DNA of 64,000 nucleotides from an uncultured Nitrososphaerota archaeon (GCA_963703285.1 OY969807.1:800001-864000), one strand, 5' to 3'; numbered from the stretch's first letter, positions 29,516 through 39,887 are shown. Notes: generated by a model from the letters alone, not told the origin. Program-made: numbers and translations.

Positions 29516-30961
29516 CTAGCCGATGTTCCAGAATACCGACTTCAACTGGCTGAACGACATTATGCCGTACTTTCCGTTGACCCGTCCTATCCCGCTCTTC
29601 CGCATCCCCCCGAAGGGTACGTTGATGTCCATGAACGTGCTCGGGTAGTTGATCACGACTTCGCCCGTCCTTATCCGCTCGGAGAGCAACATGGCCTTCC
29701 GGAAGTCCCTTGTGAAGACGCTCGAGGCGAGGCCGTACTCGCCGGAGTTCGCTATCTCCACCGCTTCCTCGACGCTGCCGCAGCGTATCAGCGGACAGAC
29801 GGGACCGAAAGTCTCCTCCTTGGCTATCTGCATCTCAGGGGACACGTCCTCGAGGACCGTGGACCGGTAGTACAGCCTGCTGGGATAGCCCCTCGCCCGT
29901 CCCCCGCCGGTCCTGATTCTGGCTCCCTTGGTCTTGGCGTCGGCTATGTGCCTGTCGACCTTCTTTGCTATGGAATCCTCGACGAGCGGACCCATCTTCG
30001 TTTGGGCCTCCCGAGGGTCACCTACCTCCCAGTCGCCTGTGGCTGCGATCACCTTGTCGACGAACGCGTCGTAGACCTTGTCTGCTACGAGGATTCGCTC
30101 GGCGGCCTGGCAGTCCTGGCCCGAGTTCCCGTAGCAGGCCTCGGCCACCAACCGTGCGGCCTGCGGAAGGTCGGCGTCATCCAGGACGAGTATCGGGCCG
30201 TTGCCGCCCAGCTCGAACACCAGATGAGTGAGCTTGTCTCGCTGCTTGGCCGCTATGCGCTTGCCTATCTCTATGGAACCGGTGAAGCCGACGCCGTCGA
30301 GCTTGTTGCTGGAGGTTATCGCCTCGCCCGTGACCTCGCCCGTCCCCTGGACGAGGTTGATGACGCCTTTCGGAATTCCGGCCCGCTCGAAGCACCTGAC
30401 TATCCTCTCCCCGGCAATAGGCGTCTGCTCCGCCGGCTTGAAGACGACGGTGTTTCCCGCCGCCACAGCGTAGCTGAGTGTGGTGAGCGGGACGAGGTAC
30501 GGGAAGTTCCAGGGCGCGATTATCGCGAAGACGCCGTAGGGCTCGAGCATCGTGAACGCCCTCACGTTCGGGTCGTCACAGGGGATGTAGGAGGTCTCCA
30601 AAGTGCGGATTTGCTCCGCCGCGTCGGTGATGAGCCTGCGGCTAAGGGCTAGCTCGTGCCTGGACATGGCTAACGGCTTCCCCATCTCCATGGTGATCTC
30701 CAGGGCCGCGTCGTCGGCCATCGCCCCGAGTTGGTCGGCCGCTCCCGCGACTATCCTGGCCCTCTCGCCCCTCGGCGTCAGCCGCCAGCCCTCGGAGGCA
30801 GCTTCCGCTGCGTCGATGGCTTCCTTCACCTCCTCTTCCGTGGCTATCGGGATGGTGGCGACGAGCGACCCGTCCACGGGGGAGAGACGTGTGAAACTCT
30901 TCCCTTCGCTCGAGACCCACTTGCCGTCGATGAACAGTTTTTGAGTAGATTTGGCAGCCAT
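29516..30961 (-). CDS. NAD(P)-dependent aldehyde dehydrogenase
   Basis: PWNFP, KPAE, FTGS, ELGG, GQDC, EETFGP and PFGG motifs. Confidence 0.95.
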   Translation of the reverse strand: MAAKSTQKLFIDGKWVSSEGKSFTRLSPVDGSLVATIPIATEEEVKEAIDAAEAASEGWRLTPRGERARIVAGAADQLGAMADDAALEITMEMGKPLAMSRHELALSRRLITDAAEQIRTLETSYIPCDDPNVRAFTMLEPYGVFAIIAPWNFPYLVPLTTLSYAVAAGNTVVFKPAEQTPIAGERIVRCFERAGIPKGVINLVQGTGEVTGEAITSSNKLDGVGFTGSIEIGKRIAAKQRDKLTHLVFELGGNGPILVLDDADLPQAARLVAEACYGNSGQDCQAAERILVADKVYDAFVDKVIAATGDWEVGDPREAQTKMGPLVEDSIAKKVDRHIADAKTKGARIRTGGGRARGYPSRLYYRSTVLEDVSPEMQIAKEETFGPVCPLIRCGSVEEAVEIANSGEYGLASSVFTRDFRKAMLLSERIRTGEVVINYPSTFMDINVPFGGMRKSGIGRVNGKYGIMSFSQLKSVFWNIG

Positions 30962-31060
30962 GTGGGAAAGCTAGGCGCCTCGAAGGGACCACTTGAAGTA
31001 ATAAAATTATCCCCGCAGGGACGCTTGGAACCGTAGGATGAGAGGTCTGTTCGAGTTGAC

Positions 31061-31417
31061 CTACTCGCCGGCTTCGTTCTTCCTCATCCGGGCCTTGACG
31101 AGTTTTGTTATGAGCGGGGCTGGGAGTTTCTCGTCAAGCGGTAAGTGGATGGCCGAGACGGTGGTGACGAACCCTGAAAGCTCCTTCTTGTGTTCCTCTA
31201 TCACGGGAGGGCGGAGGTACAGCCCGACGTACCCCTTTTGGAGACCGAACCAAGCAAGCCGCCCCTTGTAGTCGTAGTAAGGAATCTTGTAGCTGATGCC
31301 CTCCACGGAGCTCGGCGCCGCGTCCTTGATTATCCTCCGGATTTCCCTGAGCTTGGACTGCGCCTCCTTCGGAGCGGCGGAGATGTAGGAGTCGACATCC
31401 GTCGCCTCGGCTTTCAT
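31061..31417 (-). CDS. DUF1801 (YdhG-like) protein
   Basis: VDSYI...LRxIRxII...E.ISYKIP pattern. Confidence 0.85.
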   Translation of the reverse strand: MKAEATDVDSYISAAPKEAQSKLREIRRIIKDAAPSSVEGISYKIPYYDYKGRLAWFGLQKGYVGLYLRPPVIEEHKKELSGFVTTVSAIHLPLDEKLPAPLITKLVKARMRKNEAGE

Positions 31418-32256
31418 CGCCGGCTCGTGGTGTCGTCGTTCCTTTGGTTCTTTGGGCCGAGGACGGTCGCTGCCTTCAGCGACCTGACGTACCCCTCGAC
31501 CTCCGAGAGCATCGCGTCCCGAGGCTTGCCCGATGCCACCCTGTTCACGATGCCGCTCCCCACGATGACAGCGTCCGCCCCGGCCGCTATCACACGGGCC
31601 ACGTGCTCCGGTTTGGAGATCCCAAAACCCACCGCCAAGGGGATCCTGCCTCTGGTCTGAAGCTTGGCTGACCTCACGAGTTTCAGCGAGTCGTCCGCCA
31701 GCGCGGAGCGCGCCCCCGTCACGCCTAGAAGCGAGACGAGATACAGGAAGCCAGACGAGTGGCTAACGAGTGACTTCATCCGCTCGGGGGACGTGGTCGG
31801 CGCGGCGAGCAGGATCGTGTCGAGGCCGCGGGACCTAGCCAACCTCGTGTAGGCCGCGGTCTCGTCGAGCGGGAGGTCGGGGATGATCAGGCCGTCGACC
31901 GACGCCCTCTTCGCCTTCTCTAGGAAGGATTCGAGTCCTGGCGAGAAGAGAATGTTGTAGTAGGTCATGATGGTGATGGGGGCTCTGTGCCGTTTGTTGA
32001 GGCGGGAGACGAGCTCCAGGACGTCGGCTGGCCTCGTCCTCGATGCCAACGCTCTGACGGCGGCCTCCTGGATGGACCTGCCGTCGGCGATGGGGTCTGA
32101 GAAGGGTATCCCGAGCTCGATGATGTCCGCGCCCCCGGCCACCAGCGCAGAGACGACCCTCTCGGTGGTCTCGATGTCGGGGTCCCCCGCCATCGTGTAG
32201 GCCACCAGGGCGCCCTCCCCCTTCAGGGAGCGGAAGGTCTCGGCGATTCTGCTCAT
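31414..32256 (-). CDS. trpA: Tryptophan synthase alpha chain
   Basis: [21 protein letters not shown] and VGFGI motifs. Confidence 0.97.
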   Translation of the reverse strand: MSRIAETFRSLKGEGALVAYTMAGDPDIETTERVVSALVAGGADIIELGIPFSDPIADGRSIQEAAVRALASRTRPADVLELVSRLNKRHRAPITIMTYYNILFSPGLESFLEKAKRASVDGLIIPDLPLDETAAYTRLARSRGLDTILLAAPTTSPERMKSLVSHSSGFLYLVSLLGVTGARSALADDSLKLVRSAKLQTRGRIPLAVGFGISKPEHVARVIAAGADAVIVGSGIVNRVASGKPRDAMLSEVEGYVRSLKAATVLGPKNQRNDDTTSRR

Positions 32257-33440
32257 AGTTCTAGCCCGGACCTCTTCGCGATTATCTGGACGTCCTTGTC
32301 GCCGCGTCCCGAGAGGGTGACGACTACCGACTCGTCCTTCTTCATCCTTGCGGCGAGCTTCACGGCATAAGCTATGGCGTGGGACGATTCCAGCGCGGGG
32401 ATTATCCCCTCCTTCGTCGAGAGCAGGTGGAACGCCTTCACCGCACCTTCGTCCGAGATGGAGACGTACTCGGCCCTCCCGCTGTCCCTCAGGAAGGAGT
32501 GCTCGGGACCGACCCCCGGATAGTCCAACCCAGCCGAGATGCTCTCAGTAGGGAGGATCTGTCCGTCGTCGTCCTGCAGGAGGTAGGTGAGCATCCCGTG
32601 GAGTACGCCCGGCCGCCCCTCGACCAGCGTTGCCGCGCTCTTCCCCCGCCCGGTCCCCCCTGCCTCGACGCCATAGAGCTTCACCGATTGGTCGTGGACG
32701 AAGGGGTGGAAGCTTCCCATGGCGTTGGACCCGCCGCCGACGCAGGCCACGATCGCGTCGGGTAGACCGCCCTCCTTTCTCCGAAACTGGCTCTTGACCT
32801 CCCTTCCTATGACGCTCTGGAAGTCCCTCACGATGATGGGGTACGGGTGCGGTCCGACCACCGAGCCGATGAGGTAGTAGGTCTCCTTCAGGTTGGTCAC
32901 CCAGTCCCTCATCGCCTCATTGATCGCGTCCTTGAGCGTCCGGGACCCGCTGTCGACGCTATGGACCTCTGCTCCCAGCAGTCGCATCCGGAAGACGTTG
33001 AGCTTCTGGCGTTCGACGTCCTCCGAACCCATGTAGACCTCAGCCTTCAGGCCGAGCATCGCGCAAGCCATAGCGGTGGCAACCCCATGCTGGCCGGCGC
33101 CCGTCTCGGCAATCACCCTTTGCTTGCCCATCCGCTTCGCGAGAAGGGCCTGGCCGAGCGTGTTGTTGATCTTGTGCGCGCCGCTGTGGAGGAGGTCCTC
33201 GCGCTTCAGGTATATCCTAGCGCCCCCGGCGTGGGCGGTCAGATTCTCCGCCAGGTACAGCGGGGTTGGCCTGCCGGCGTAGTCAGCCAGCAGGTGCGAG
33301 AGCTCCTTCTTGAAGGCGGGGTCATCGCGCAGCGAGAGGTAGGAACGTTCGAGCTCCTTCACGGCGGGCACTAGCGTCTCCGGTATGAACTGCCCGCCGT
33401 AGGCTCCGAACCGTCCCCTTCTTGGGTAGTCCCCTCTCAT
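32253..33440 (-). CDS. trpB: Tryptophan synthase beta chain (TrpB1)
   Basis: [28 protein letters not shown] and SGRGDKD motifs. ATG 33440. Confidence 0.97.
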   Translation of the reverse strand: MRGDYPRRGRFGAYGGQFIPETLVPAVKELERSYLSLRDDPAFKKELSHLLADYAGRPTPLYLAENLTAHAGGARIYLKREDLLHSGAHKINNTLGQALLAKRMGKQRVIAETGAGQHGVATAMACAMLGLKAEVYMGSEDVERQKLNVFRMRLLGAEVHSVDSGSRTLKDAINEAMRDWVTNLKETYYLIGSVVGPHPYPIIVRDFQSVIGREVKSQFRRKEGGLPDAIVACVGGGSNAMGSFHPFVHDQSVKLYGVEAGGTGRGKSAATLVEGRPGVLHGMLTYLLQDDDGQILPTESISAGLDYPGVGPEHSFLRDSGRAEYVSISDEGAVKAFHLLSTKEGIIPALESSHAIAYAVKLAARMKKDESVVVTLSGRGDKDVQIIAKRSGLEL

Positions 33441-34078
33441 CAGGGACCGGCCCCGCGCGCGCGACGGATGAACTCGGCAATCTTCTCGGTGTCCTTGACG
33501 CCCGGAGAGCTCTCGACCCCCGAGGAGACGTCCACGGCGAAGGGCCGCACGGTCTTGATGCCCTCGCCGACGTTGTCCGGGTTGAGCCCACCCGATAGGA
33601 TGAAGGGTATCGGCGCGACCTCGTCCCTGACACGACGGCAAGCGCTCCAGTCTGAGGTCATCCCCGTCCCTCCTTGAGACCCCTTCCTGTAGGTATCGGC
33701 GAGGAGCGCATCGAAGCCGAGGGCCGCTTCTTTCGCGGGCCGCGTCTCGCCAGAGCCGAGGAGCATGGGCCGAATGAGACTTACTCCGAGGGAGTGACGG
33801 ATGGCCTCTGGGTCGAGCCCTTCCCCGTAGAGTTGGAGGGTCCTGATGCCGGACTCCCGGACCGCGGATTCTTGATCCCTGACGTTCGTCGAGGTCGTGA
33901 CGAGGACGGACGAGACGAATGGGGGGACGCGTCGGGAGAGATCCGCAGCCCGCCGGATGGAGATGTTTCGCGGAGAAGAAGGGAACCCGCTGATGAAGCC
34001 CACCGCGTCGGCCCCCGCTGAGACGGCGGAGTCGACGTCCTCCTCGCGGGTGATGCCGCAGATCTTGACCCTGACCAC
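33440..34078 (-). CDS. trpF: Phosphoribosylanthranilate isomerase
   Basis: VKICGIT, GGTG, LSGGL and DVSSGVE motifs. Confidence 0.96.
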   Translation of the reverse strand: MVRVKICGITREEDVDSAVSAGADAVGFISGFPSSPRNISIRRAADLSRRVPPFVSSVLVTTSTNVRDQESAVRESGIRTLQLYGEGLDPEAIRHSLGVSLIRPMLLGSGETRPAKEAALGFDALLADTYRKGSQGGTGMTSDWSACRRVRDEVAPIPFILSGGLNPDNVGEGIKTVRPFAVDVSSGVESSPGVKDTEKIAEFIRRARGAGP

Positions 34079-34828
34079 CTACTGCCCACCCACCAGGCCG
34101 CGGACGGCGGCCTCGGCGTCGCCGGACCTCATGAGGGCGGATCCGACTAGGAACCCGTCCGCCCCGAGAGACCTGAGCTCCTCCAGCTCCGCCCTCTTCG
34201 TGAGGCCGCTCTCGCAGACGACGGTCTTCGGGTGCCCGTGCCTCGCCAGCAGCGTCCGGGAAGTATCGAGCGACACGTCGAGGGTCCTGAGGTCCCGGTT
34301 GTTGATCCCCACCACGTCGGCCTGCGTCTGGAGCGACTCGACGTACTCGAGCTCCGTGTGGGCCTCGAGGAGCACCTCGAGGCCTCGCGAATGGGCGTGC
34401 TCGATCATGCGGTCGAGGGAGAAACCAGAGAGGCGCGCTCTGTAGATGATGTCCATCAGCAGAACGGCGTCCGCGCCCGCCCTCTCCGCGGCGTCTATCT
34501 GGACGGGGTCGATCACGATGTCCTTCATCAGGACCGGGATTCCGACGTTCCTCTTCACGGCGGTGAGATACTCCAGCCTCCCCTCGAAGTGCTTGGGCTC
34601 GGTCAGCACCGAGATAGCCGCGGCTCCCCCGCGCTGATATCTGAGAGCGAGATCGAGCAGGTCGCCTCCCCGCCTTAGCTGACCCTCCGAGGGAGAGCGG
34701 AACTTCACCTCTGCGATCAGCGGGAGCCCCCTCGCGCTCAGGATGGAGTCGCGGAGGCTCCTGCGGGGAAGATTGGACGTCTCGGCTTTGTAGTATCCCT
34801 CCGATATGGTCTGACGCGCTGACTCCAC
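34079..34828 (-). CDS. trpC: Indole-3-glycerol phosphate synthase
   Basis: [22 protein letters not shown] and ESG motifs. The natural start may be GTG 34851 with a one-base deletion. Confidence 0.95.
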   Translation of the reverse strand: MESARQTISEGYYKAETSNLPRRSLRDSILSARGLPLIAEVKFRSPSEGQLRRGGDLLDLALRYQRGGAAAISVLTEPKHFEGRLEYLTAVKRNVGIPVLMKDIVIDPVQIDAAERAGADAVLLMDIIYRARLSGFSLDRMIEHAHSRGLEVLLEAHTELEYVESLQTQADVVGINNRDLRTLDVSLDTSRTLLARHGHPKTVVCESGLTKRAELEELRSLGADGFLVGSALMRSGDAEAAVRGLVGGQ

Positions 34829-34847
34829 GAGAGTTCCGACGAAGTCT

Positions 34848-35903
34848 TCACTGCCCCTGTGCGTAGACGCTCGCCTCCCTCAGCTCTCCCCCGCTGAAGC
34901 GAATAAGGCCTTCCAACTTCTTGTACGCGGCCCCGCTCTCGATGGATTCTCGAGCGAGCGGGACGGCCTCGCGGAACCCACTCGCCCTCCCGGAGACCAC
35001 GATCGCGGCCGCCGCGTTCACAAGCACCATGTCCAGCCTTGCCGACGGCTTGCTGGAGCCTCCGAGGATCTCGAGCGCGGCCCGAGCGCCCTCCTCGACG
35101 GACTCGACCGTCAGCGTCCCGTCCTTCTGCGTGCGCACTCCGAAGTCCGCCGGGGAGAGGTCGCCCGAGATAATCTCGCCGTCCTTCAGCCAGGCCACCG
35201 AGGTCTTACCCGTCACGGAGATCTCGTCCATGCCTTCAAGGGCGTGGATGACCATCGCCTCCTTCGTCCCGAGCTTCGCCAGCGCGCGGGCGACCTTCAT
35301 TGTGAGCGGGAGCGAGTAGACCCCGATTACCTGCGCGTCGGCGCCCGCCGGATTCATCAGCGGACCGAGCAGGTTGAAGATGGTCCTGATGCCCAGCTCC
35401 TTCCTGACGGGGGCCACGTTCTTCATCGCCGGATGGAACGCGGGCGCGAACATGAATCCGATGCCCACCTGCTCGATCGACGCCCTGACCTCCTCGTGGT
35501 CCATGGCCAGGTTGAAGCCGAGCCTCTCGAGCACGTCGGCGCTCCCGCATTTGCTCGTGACCGAACGGTTCCCGTGCTTGGCGACGGTCACGCCCGCGCC
35601 TGCCGCGACGATCGCCGAGAGGGTGCTCACGTTGAACGTCTTGACGCCGTCGCCACCAGTCCCGCACGTGTCGACGAGCCGGCCTCCCACCCTCGGACGG
35701 ATCTTCACCCCGTGGCTCCTGAAGGCCGAGGCGAACGACGCAATCTCCTCGGGGCTTTCTCCCTTGCCGCGCAGGGCAACGAGCAGCCCGGAGATCTGGG
35801 CGGGCGACGCCTGGGCGGTCACGATCTCCTCGAGCGCGCCGTGGATTTCGTGGGGGGCAAGGTCCCGCCCCTCGACGAGGCTCGCGATTGCCTGCTGGAT
35901 CAG
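34848..35903 (-). CDS. trpD: Anthranilate phosphoribosyltransferase
   Basis: DTCGTGGDG, NVST, KHGNR and GSAD motifs. The typical N-terminus (L)IQQAIASLVEGRDL begins at CTG 35903, overlapping the trpG TGA. Confidence 0.96.
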   Translation of the reverse strand: MIQQAIASLVEGRDLAPHEIHGALEEIVTAQASPAQISGLLVALRGKGESPEEIASFASAFRSHGVKIRPRVGGRLVDTCGTGGDGVKTFNVSTLSAIVAAGAGVTVAKHGNRSVTSKCGSADVLERLGFNLAMDHEEVRASIEQVGIGFMFAPAFHPAMKNVAPVRKELGIRTIFNLLGPLMNPAGADAQVIGVYSLPLTMKVARALAKLGTKEAMVIHALEGMDEISVTGKTSVAWLKDGEIISGDLSPADFGVRTQKDGTLTVESVEEGARAALEILGGSSKPSARLDMVLVNAAAAIVVSGRASGFREAVPLARESIESGAAYKKLEGLIRFSGGELREASVYAQGQ

Positions 35904-36490
35904 TGCTCTACACCCCTCTCCAGGAAGTTAGAGACGATCTTCTTGCCCTCGGGCGTCATTATCGATTCCGGGTGGTACTGGACCCCCTCGATCGGGTACT
36001 CGACGTGCCTGACGCCCATGACCTCCCCGTCGTCCATCGACAGGGCAGTGACCTTGAGGCAGTCCGGCACGTCCTGCTTCGCTATGACGAGCGAGTGGTA
36101 CCTGGTGGCCTCGAGCGGGTTGGCGACTCCTCGGAGGACGCCCCTCCCGTCGTGAACTATCCTGCTGGTCTTGCCGTGCATGAGGCGCGAGGCCCTCACG
36201 ACCCTCCCTCCGAAGGCCGCGCCTATGCCCTGATGGCCCAGGCAGACACCCAGCGTGGGCGTCTTCTTGCTCATGGATTTCAGCACGGACTGGCAGACGC
36301 CGAAGTAGTGCTCGTCCTCGGGGTTCCCGGGACCCGGAGAGATGATAATGCGGTCGGGCTCCAGGGCCTCGGCCTGCTCGAGCGTGATCCTGTCGTTCCT
36401 GTAGACGAGGGGGGACGCCCCCAGCTCGCCGACGTACTGGGCGAGGTTGTAGACGAAGGAGTCGTAGTTGTCGATGACGAGGACCCTCAT
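35900..36490 (-). CDS. trpG: Anthranilate synthase component II
   Basis: IDNYDSF, SPGPG, GVCLGHQ and QYHPES motifs. Confidence 0.96.
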   Translation of the reverse strand: MRVLVIDNYDSFVYNLAQYVGELGASPLVYRNDRITLEQAEALEPDRIIISPGPGNPEDEHYFGVCQSVLKSMSKKTPTLGVCLGHQGIGAAFGGRVVRASRLMHGKTSRIVHDGRGVLRGVANPLEATRYHSLVIAKQDVPDCLKVTALSMDDGEVMGVRHVEYPIEGVQYHPESIMTPEGKKIVSNFLERGVEH

Positions 36491-37863
36491 CTCGGACCAC
36501 CCGATGACTCGACGGCACGGAAGAGGGCCGCGGCCTTGTTCTCCGTCTCCTGCCATTCCTTCGACGGGTCGGAGTCGGCAACCACCCCGCCTCCCGCCTG
36601 GATGCTGCACCTCGTGCCGTTGGCCACGAGCGTCCGAATGGTTATGGCGAAGTCGGCGTTCCCGTTGAAGGAGATGTAACCGAGCGCGCCCCCGTAGGGG
36701 CCCCTGCGCGTGGGCTCGAGCTCCTCGATTATCTCCATCGCCCTGGGCTTGGGCGCGCCGGAGAGCGTCCCGGCCGGGAAGAGGGCGCGGAGCGCGTCGA
36801 ACGAGTCGTACTCCTCCCTGAGGTCGCCCGCGACCTTCGAGACGATGTGCTGGACGTGGCTGTACTGCTGGATCGTGAGGAGTTCCGGGACTTTCACGCT
36901 TCCGTATTTCGCGACCTTCCCGACGTCGTTCCTCCCAAGGTCGACGAGCATGACGTGCTCCGCCCTCTCCTTGGGGTCAGCAAGCAGCTCCCTGGTGAGG
37001 CGCTCGTTCTCCACCGGGTCTTCCGACCTTGGGGCGGTGCCCGCGATGGGGAAGCTCTCTATGCGCCTGTCCTCGATCCTGAGGAGCATCTCCGGGCTAG
37101 ACCCGATTATCCGCCTTTCGCCGAACCTCAGGAAGTACATGTACGGTGAGGGGTTGATGCGGCTGAGCTCGGAGTAGAACCTCATGAGGTCGCCGCTCGC
37201 CCGGAAGTCGTGGCGCTTGGACGGCACGACCTGGAAGATGTCCCCCGCGGCGATGTACTCCTTCGCCCGTGTGACGATGCCCTCGTAGTCTGCCTTCTCT
37301 ATGTTCGGCGTCCTCGGCCCGTGGTCGAGGCTCCCCATCTTCGCGCTTCGACCCAGGAGGCCCTTGACCGTCTCGGACCTGTCCTCCCCGAGCGTGCAGT
37401 AGCGCACCTCGCCTCGTGCGTGGTCGAAGGCGACCCCGTCGGTGTAGACGCCGAACTCCATGTCCGGGAGAAGGAGGTCGTCATTGGCCGCGCTCGGGAG
37501 CTCCTCCCAGTAGCGGACCGAGTCATAGGAGACGTAACCCACCGCTCCGCCGATGAACCGGTACGGGCCCCTCACCTTCGTTGGGCCCAGGGCGGCCCGA
37601 AGGTCCTCGAGCGGGTCTGAGGTCCTCCTTCGCTCGCGGCCTCCGCCGACCCTGTCGGTGATCTCGAGGTCTCCGTCCTTGACGCGGAAGGTCATCGCCG
37701 GCTCGAAGCCGATGAAGGAGTACTCGGCGAGCCTCGTCGCGCCCTTCGCGGACTCGAGCAGGAAGGCTTCCTCGAATTCCTCTTGGACCTTCAGGAAGAG
37801 CTGTTGGGGGGAGTCGGAAGTGTCGAGCCTATCGGTCCTCAGACCGGACGACTGTAGAGTCAC
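36487..37863 (-). CDS. trpE: Anthranilate synthase component I
   Basis: FLLES, NPSPYM, SSPE, PIAGT, EHVMLVDLGRND and PAGTLSGAPK motifs. Start GTG 37863 is inferred. Confidence 0.96.
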   Translation of the reverse strand: MTLQSSGLRTDRLDTSDSPQQLFLKVQEEFEEAFLLESAKGATRLAEYSFIGFEPAMTFRVKDGDLEITDRVGGGRERRRTSDPLEDLRAALGPTKVRGPYRFIGGAVGYVSYDSVRYWEELPSAANDDLLLPDMEFGVYTDGVAFDHARGEVRYCTLGEDRSETVKGLLGRSAKMGSLDHGPRTPNIEKADYEGIVTRAKEYIAAGDIFQVVPSKRHDFRASGDLMRFYSELSRINPSPYMYFLRFGERRIIGSSPEMLLRIEDRRIESFPIAGTAPRSEDPVENERLTRELLADPKERAEHVMLVDLGRNDVGKVAKYGSVKVPELLTIQQYSHVQHIVSKVAGDLREEYDSFDALRALFPAGTLSGAPKPRAMEIIEELEPTRRGPYGGALGYISFNGNADFAITIRTLVANGTRCSIQAGGGVVADSDPSKEWQETENKAAALFRAVESSGGPR

Positions 37864-38255
37864 CGGAGCGCCAAAGATAGCCACCCATGCTTTTCGCCAA
37901 GGACAGTTGCCCGGATAGCCGTATTTATAGATGTTGTCGGTCATGCATAACAGTCCTAATACGTACATCCATCCGTCATAACTCAGGCCACCGAAGGACC
38001 CAGTTCGGTTGACGGTTTACGCGCGTCACAAAAGCTGAGCTACTGAGAGGTAGCTTAGGCCATCTGTAAGGAGCAATGCCCGAAGGACTGTAGTGAAGCA
38101 TGTCGAGTCATGCTCACATAACTCAGACACACATCAGAATGGCCGTCCTAGACAATAGGACTATCTACCTTCAGCGACTATAAGCACCCACGACAATCAG
38201 CGTCATTCGGACAAACGTACTAATGACGACTGTCCACTCTGAATGCCGACCTGAC

Positions 38256-38741
38256 GTGATAACGCAAAGACGGGCAATTGGAAAAGCAGTTATTGCCATA
38301 ATTGCGCTCACAGTCGTTATAGTCGGCGCAATAAGCGTCATCGCACTTACATCGCGTACAACTACTGGTACAATCATTGCCATTGGAACCTGCACACTTG
38401 GATCAGCATCCGCAGGGCCTCAAAGCCAGAGCACGGGCAACTACTACATCCAAGTCAATTACGCTGGACAGTGGAATTCACAGATACAGGGCTTCTCCTC
38501 ATTAAAGGAGAGTCTTGGCACCCTCACAGTGAATCAGTGCTTACCTAGCAGTGGAAACGCTACATTCGTCGTTCCAAACTGGAATCCAACCGGCGAGTCA
38601 TACCTGTGCGCTTGGGCGAGCAAATTCGACTCCAGCAACGGTATTTTGACCGTCTCGGTCAGTTATGGAGCCGCAACCCAATCGAAGAGCACTGGTGCGC
38701 CATATGGCAGCGCGATAGCCTGTCTCAGTGTCGCACCCTAA
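38256..38741 (+). CDS. Secreted or membrane-anchored hypothetical protein with a class III (prepilin-like) signal peptide
   Basis: QRRA|IGKAVIAIIALTVVIVG N-terminus, S/T/G-rich beta domain, four Cys; lower GC than the flanks. Confidence 0.65.
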   Translation: MITQRRAIGKAVIAIIALTVVIVGAISVIALTSRTTTGTIIAIGTCTLGSASAGPQSQSTGNYYIQVNYAGQWNSQIQGFSSLKESLGTLTVNQCLPSSGNATFVVPNWNPTGESYLCAWASKFDSSNGILTVSVSYGAATQSKSTGAPYGSAIACLSVAP

Positions 38742-38916
38742 GTTCGGAGAGAATGAGATGGCCACTCTACACTACGGTATGTAGGGCTGGGCGTCCACAG
38801 CCGTAAGGTTTGGACTCCCGAAGGTGAAAGTCGTCTGGCGTGTTCGACTCCGAGCAGGGTCCAGTCGGGGCGAGTTAGAGGCGGTTCCGAAGCCAGACAG
38901 AAGCAGAACTGACTTC

Positions 38917-39123
38917 TCACCGTCTGGCTCTATTGACCAACAAGTACACAGCTAGACCTACAAGCATAAGGAGAACAAAGAACCCAATACCAAAGATGAT
39001 TGTCAAGCCTAGACCCATCACACCCAGATAGGCAGAACTTGAAGTCAATGCGAGCAATACAAAGACAACTGCCAACGCTCCAACAAATGCTGCAAAATAC
39101 CTTATGTCTCTAATCACATTCAT
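38917..39123 (-). CDS. Small two-TM membrane protein (68 aa)
   Basis: MNVIRDIRYFAAF...; two hydrophobic helices; TATATA about 32 nt upstream. Confidence 0.65.
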   Translation of the reverse strand: MNVIRDIRYFAAFVGALAVVFVLLALTSSSAYLGVMGLGLTIIFGIGFFVLLMLVGLAVYLLVNRARR

Positions 39124-39212
39124 TGGAATCCTTCTGTACTGGATACCCGCGACGTATATACGAATTACGACACGGAATTCATGCATCTGACGCACAAGAA
39201 GAGGACGGAGGA

Positions 39213-39354
39213 CGTAGGGGTTAAAGCCCGGTGATGCGAAAGTATCACGCCGGGTTGGGAGGGAGGGTGCGTGCTTCCTGCCCGAAGTGATTTGGGCGTG
39301 GCAGCGCACTCTTACCTCAGGACAGAAACAAGAAGGTCCTAGACCTGATCTACG
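39213..39354 (+). ncRNA. Candidate structured ncRNA (four-way junction, two GNRA tetraloops)
   Basis: Manual folding: P1 39213-22/39342-54; P2 39225-56 (GAAA loop); P3 39259-318 (GTGA loop); P4 39319-40. G-U pairs favour the + strand. Confidence 0.6.
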
Positions 39355-39384
39355 AGCCCGACCGAGCCCCGATTGCGGATATAA

Positions 39385-39422
39385 TTCATATCCACCTCTC
39401 TTCTTTTTTTAATCGATTTTTG
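39385..39422 (+). repeat. Pyrimidine/T-rich direct repeat, copy 1 (putative terminator)
   Basis: TTCATATCCACCTCTCTTCTTTTTTTAATCGATTTTTG, near-identical to 40032-40069. Confidence 0.7.
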
Positions 39423-39671
39423 AGCCCCTTCTTCCGGGTGTAAGTTTTGCAGGAAGCATCCCGAAGCCCAAGCAACCTTGCAACAGGATTAAGCAACGAA
39501 AGGATGGAGGCGCAGCGAAGTTACTCGCTTGTGCCGAGCCAGCCACGTCTCCCTTGGACGAATCCTTAAGAAACGCCTTTCCATTTTGAACTTCATCATT
39601 GACAACGGCAAACTTGACTATCATGCGCCAAAATCAATCCCCCTCCATGCAAAGGTTGGTGTGACAAAAGA

Positions 39672-39887
39672 GTGGGCATCTGGTATCCCGGTCCGTTCGG
39701 ACATGAGAGCATCGGGAGATGCAGAGGGTGTGGAAAGATAACTAAAAACGTACATGAATGTGAGAAATGCAATGCCGTGTACTGCGATGATTGCGCGCAC
39801 AAGCTAAACGACCGGTGTGCTGTCATAGCGGGCCCCGACTCGAGATGCAACGGCAGAATATACGATCTTTCAAGGCGAATGATCTAG
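39672..39887 (+). CDS. Small Cys-rich zinc-finger protein (71 aa)
   Basis: CRGC...CEKC..YCDDC...C...C pattern. Confidence 0.6.
   Translation: MGIWYPGPFGHESIGRCRGCGKITKNVHECEKCNAVYCDDCAHKLNDRCAVIAGPDSRCNGRIYDLSRRMI

Noticed and set aside
32253-33641. N-terminally extended TrpB (and similar extensions of AroA, AroK and TrpG in the ORF track)
   Set aside because: The extensions overlap upstream genes; coupled starts at the operon junctions fit better.
39225-39233. AGCCCGGTG identical to the tRNA-Gln 5' end (possible att site)
   Set aside because: Only 9 bp, in the opposite orientation, and explained by the P2 stem; likely chance.
39213-39354. Twister or hammerhead ribozyme identity for the structured RNA
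   Set aside because: TTAAAGCCC and GGAGGG resemble twister elements, but the required pseudoknots do not form, and there is no CUGANGA/GAAA hammerhead core.
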